The translations under genes were made by a program, and so were the position numbers. Positions 44,898 through 48,163 of a DNA stretch of 48,163 nucleotides are shown here, piece after piece; the first letter of the stretch is position 1; the number at the start of each line of letters is the position of its first letter. Below the pieces are notes generated by a model that saw only the letters and a list, made by a program, of their open reading frames with translations, had not been told where the DNA came from and did no database searches. Source of the DNA: a virus (taxonomy: Duplodnaviria; Caudoviricetes); IMG/VR virus record IMGVR_UViG_3300020716_000011, positions 1 through 48,163 of that record. One strand, 5' to 3'.

Positions 44898-45740
44898 TTA
44901 ACCGAGAAGGCCGCCACCACCGCCACCACCGCCACCGCCGCCACCGCCGCCACCGCCACCAACCACATTTCCGGTCGGATCGGAAGTGCCCATGATCATG
45001 ACACTGATGCAGGCCGAATCTTCCAGACCGTTGTTGAACGGGTCCACGCAGAACACAGAGAGCTGCGTAGTCGTTCGGATGGAGGTGCGCCCCGAGAAGC
45101 CGCCTGCGATTTCGTTGTCGTTGCCTGGAATAAAAGCCCCGCCGTTCGGCGTACCAGCGGAGCCCGAGAACGCATAAGCGTTGTTCGGAAGAGCCGTGTT
45201 GAAATTGATCACGTAGCAGCCTGTGGCAGTCTTGGAAACCGAAGCCACGTTGAACTGGCTGTAGATACTGCCCGTCTGGCCGTTGAAGCAAACCCATGCT
45301 TTGGCTGAACCATCCTGTGAGCTCACCAGCGTCGAAGCCAGCGTCTGCCAGTTGTTGGTGTCGGTCAGCGGGTTGTTGTTGATGTTGCTGTCCGTTTTGC
45401 TGATGAACGGCGCACCAGACACCAGTACCCATGATCCGACATAGTAAGTCGTCTGGGAATCCCATTCCGGAATACCCGACTGGAACAAGTACGCCATCTG
45501 TCGTGTGAGCAGGTAAAACAGCGCGTTCATATCCTGTAGCGCAGGAGAGGCGTTACCACCCGGCGCGTTGACAATCGCACCGCCCCATGCCTGCTGGAAC
45601 GCAGCGAGCCCTTGGATGATGTCCGGGTCGAGGCTGTAGTTCGGGGAGCCCGCCTTTAGCGAACCGAACTGAGCGATGTTATTGGGGGCGGCGAGAGAGT
45701 TACCGAAGATCTGCTGGAACTTGCGTAGGATTTTACTCAT
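44898..45740 (-). CDS. Tail fibre (baseplate-anchored type) with C-terminal poly-Gly
   Basis: PALQDMNALFY...YLFQSGIPEWDSQTTYYVGS, AKAWVCFNG...FNVASV...GCYVINF; start ATG 45740. Confidence 0.8.
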   Translation of the reverse strand: MSKILRKFQQIFGNSLAAPNNIAQFGSLKAGSPNYSLDPDIIQGLAAFQQAWGGAIVNAPGGNASPALQDMNALFYLLTRQMAYLFQSGIPEWDSQTTYYVGSWVLVSGAPFISKTDSNINNNPLTDTNNWQTLASTLVSSQDGSAKAWVCFNGQTGSIYSQFNVASVSKTATGCYVINFNTALPNNAYAFSGSAGTPNGGAFIPGNDNEIAGGFSGRTSIRTTTQLSVFCVDPFNNGLEDSACISVMIMGTSDPTGNVVGGGGGGGGGGGGGGGGGLLG

Positions 45741-45747
45741 GGGAGTG

Positions 45748-48009
45748 TTAGTTGTTGTTGAAGGTCGTGGGCGTCGTGCCGGTACCACCGTTGGCGATAG
45801 CCTTGCCGTTAGCCGAGATGTTGTTGCCGATTTTGCAGACGCCGCCGAGCCGGTTCGTGAAGATGTAGGTAGCAGCGGTGCCTCCGTTATCCGTGTTGCC
45901 GGTTATCACGAGGTTGTTGATGGTCTTGCCCGTGGCGGGCACAAAGTAAAATGACTCGTTACTGGGGGCTCCGAGACTCACATTATTTGCCACTACCCAG
46001 TTGTTCCAAGTGGACGCGACATTGGTTGTACTACCGTCGTCGGTTGCCACCGTGCGCAACACAGCGTCTTTTCCGGTGTTCCCGATGAAGCTAACATTGC
46101 TGCAGTCGAGAAAAGCGTAGCAGTCCAAGCTGACCGGAGCCTCCGACCAGCAGCCCGTAACGGATAGCCCGTTGCAGAACTGAAAATTGAAGTTCGCGTA
46201 CATGCCCGCCTGTTGCAAGCACTGGTAGGCCCGGAGGCCGTCTACCTTGATCCGGGTGTTGTAGGTGCTGGTCGTGTAAAACCGACCGCTGGTGATCCCC
46301 GCCTCGCAGGACTGGTAGATGGAACCCCCGGTAACATGGATGTCCGTTGCGCCGTCAAAGATGCGGATGCCTGCACCATGAGTGCCGCCGCCCGCGGGGT
46401 TTCCGGCCTGCATAGACTGGAAGCCTACCACCTCGATGCGAGTCGCCGGATAGCCGATGCCGCCGTCGTCTCCGAGCCCCACGCCGTCGTCCCCAGTGTA
46501 ATAGGCAATGCAGCTGTAAAGACCGGAGTCCGTGACCGGACCGAAGTGGAACCCATCACCAAGGGTGTGGTCAGTAATGCAGTCCACCACCTGCACGTTC
46601 TTATTGTACAGGCTGCCACCGCTTCCGACATAAATACCGAAGTCGCCCGTTCCGGTGATATACATCCCGCTAATGAGCGTGTTGGGGGAATAGATGCAAA
46701 GTCCGTGATTGCCGCTCGTGCGAACCGAAGCCGACCCGAGGATCGCAAAATCGCGGATCGTGACCTTGGCGCAACTGTTCGCTACGACGAAGAACGGAGC
46801 CGATGCTGGGCTGGTGGCGGTACTGTACAGCGCGGATGACCGACCATCGCCGAGAATGGTGATGTTGGAAAGGCTGGTCAGATTCGTCAGGGATCCTGCG
46901 GTGATCAGGTACTTACCAGCCGGAAAATATAGGGTCGAGCCGTTGGTCATCGCTGCAATAGCGGCATTGATCGCAGTGGTATCGTTAGTCGTGCCGTTGC
47001 CGGTTGCGCCGTAGGTTTTCACGTTGATGCGCCCTCCGCTCCCGCCGCCGCCTGCCACCGAATCCACATAGGTTTTGTTACAAAGATCAATGCCCGCAGT
47101 AGGAGCCGCTGGCTGCTGAGCCTTATACGTGCCTTGCATCACTAACCCAGTAGAATCGAAATATGCCGGGACATTGCTGCCGAGATAAAAAGAAATGGGA
47201 GCGTAGCTACCGGAATTGTCCGCCACGCTTCGGATAATCGCCGTGCCTGACCCATAACCGAGGTAGAGGCCACCTGTAGACGAATCAAAAACCGAAATCG
47301 GCGAAGTGAAAATGCCGTAGTTGACTTTCAATTCAGTAGTGTTTTGGAGAGCCAGTGTGCCAAGGCCAAGGTTGGTTATCGCCCCAGCAGCGGTGCTAGC
47401 CCCTGTGCCACCGTCCGTAACCGCGAGAGGCGTAATTCCTACGATAGAACCACCCGTAATCGCTACGCTGTTGGAAGTCTGCAAAGACATAGAGCCGAGA
47501 CCCGTAATGTCCGAAGCCGCCACCCCCGCCTGCCCGATTGAGCCATCGGTGCCAACTGAAGTGAGGAACTGGTGGGCCACCGCCGCCTTGGAGAACACCC
47601 CGCCCAGAGTAGAAACGGTCGGTGCGGGGACGGCAAAGCTCTTAGCGATCAACCAACGGCCAGAGCCCACGGTCGGCTGGATCACATTGACGCCATCCGG
47701 CGTGGCCGTGCTGGTGGAGAGGTAGTAGTACATCGAGGCACCACCGTCGCCCGATGCCGTTGCCCCCAGCACCCAGACCACGTTTTGGTCTGCTGCATTC
47801 GTCACCGAGAGCGCAGCGAGCGCGGCCCGGCTAGCCACCTGCCGGATAACATTCATAGCTAGGCTCTTCGTCGTGCCGTTGGTAGACCCGTCTACTAGGT
47901 GATAGTCGTTCGCGGCGGGAAGGACAGTCGTGGTGGATAGATCACGGACTTGGACATTGGCCCCCAGTGCGACCGAGGCCAAAAGAAGAAAGGACAGAAG
48001 TTTTTTCAT
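45748..48009 (-). CDS. Tailspike / beta-helix depolymerase-like protein with signal peptide
   Basis: INVKTYGATGNGTTNDTTAINAAI...LYFPAGKYLI pectate-lyase-3-like entry, beta-helix repeats, GDGGA...DGVNVI...GRW module. Confidence 0.88.
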   Translation of the reverse strand: MKKLLSFLLLASVALGANVQVRDLSTTTVLPAANDYHLVDGSTNGTTKSLAMNVIRQVASRAALAALSVTNAADQNVVWVLGATASGDGGASMYYYLSTSTATPDGVNVIQPTVGSGRWLIAKSFAVPAPTVSTLGGVFSKAAVAHQFLTSVGTDGSIGQAGVAASDITGLGSMSLQTSNSVAITGGSIVGITPLAVTDGGTGASTAAGAITNLGLGTLALQNTTELKVNYGIFTSPISVFDSSTGGLYLGYGSGTAIIRSVADNSGSYAPISFYLGSNVPAYFDSTGLVMQGTYKAQQPAAPTAGIDLCNKTYVDSVAGGGGSGGRINVKTYGATGNGTTNDTTAINAAIAAMTNGSTLYFPAGKYLITAGSLTNLTSLSNITILGDGRSSALYSTATSPASAPFFVVANSCAKVTIRDFAILGSASVRTSGNHGLCIYSPNTLISGMYITGTGDFGIYVGSGGSLYNKNVQVVDCITDHTLGDGFHFGPVTDSGLYSCIAYYTGDDGVGLGDDGGIGYPATRIEVVGFQSMQAGNPAGGGTHGAGIRIFDGATDIHVTGGSIYQSCEAGITSGRFYTTSTYNTRIKVDGLRAYQCLQQAGMYANFNFQFCNGLSVTGCWSEAPVSLDCYAFLDCSNVSFIGNTGKDAVLRTVATDDGSTTNVASTWNNWVVANNVSLGAPSNESFYFVPATGKTINNLVITGNTDNGGTAATYIFTNRLGGVCKIGNNISANGKAIANGGTGTTPTTFNNN

Positions 48010-48015
48010 AATGGG

Positions 48016-48163
48016 TTAGAGATTTCCAGCGACAATGTTGTCACCCGAGTCGGTGACGATGTCGTCGCCGCCTCCGGTGATAATGAGGTTTTCGATGATG
48101 ATGTTGGCAATGCGCACTCCCATGGGCTTGGGCAAATACGGCGATAGCACCGTGACACTTACC
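48016..48163 (-). CDS. 3' end of DUF2612-like gene (joined to 1-632)
   Basis: Reads ...PKPMGV...LIITGGGDDIVTDSGDNIVAGNL-stop. Confidence 0.85.
   Translation of the reverse strand, partial: VSVTVLSPYLPKPMGVRIANIIIENLIITGGGDDIVTDSGDNIVAGNL
48065..48163. repeat. 99-bp direct terminal repeat (copy 2)
   Basis: Identical to 1-99. Confidence 0.97.

Noticed and set aside
44884-45465. N-terminal extension of the 441-aa track ORF
   Set aside because: Overlaps the real fibre gene in another frame; ATG 44883 just after the upstream stop is the better start

Overview
The window is an apparently complete, circularly assembled ~48,064-bp genome of a contractile-tailed (myovirus-type) dsDNA phage; bases 1-99 are repeated exactly at 48065-48163. 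A leftward late arm encodes terminase, portal, head, neck, sheath/tube, tape measure and baseplate (18664 down to 1). It wraps through the window end into four tail fibre/spike genes and an envelope/lysis-like cassette (48009 down to 36381). A rightward early arm (19589-36436) encodes an amidoligase plus class II amidotransferase, a DenV-like protein, primase-helicase, nuclease, SSB, family A DNA polymerase, VRR-NUC, SNF2 helicase, a lysozyme-like protein and a thymine-modification cluster. A ~0.9 kb repeat-rich non-coding region separates the arms. I recognised no integrase, repressor, tRNA or CRISPR array. Top observation: three tail/adsorption proteins each start with a Sec-type signal peptide, suggesting receptor-binding parts are exported and added to the virion outside the cytoplasm. 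Second: a dUMP hydroxymethylase + 5-hmdU DNA kinase-like + GT-A glycosyltransferase operon without an amino acid:DNA transferase suggests a sugar-type thymine hypermodification. Family names come from motif recognition by eye, not from database searches.
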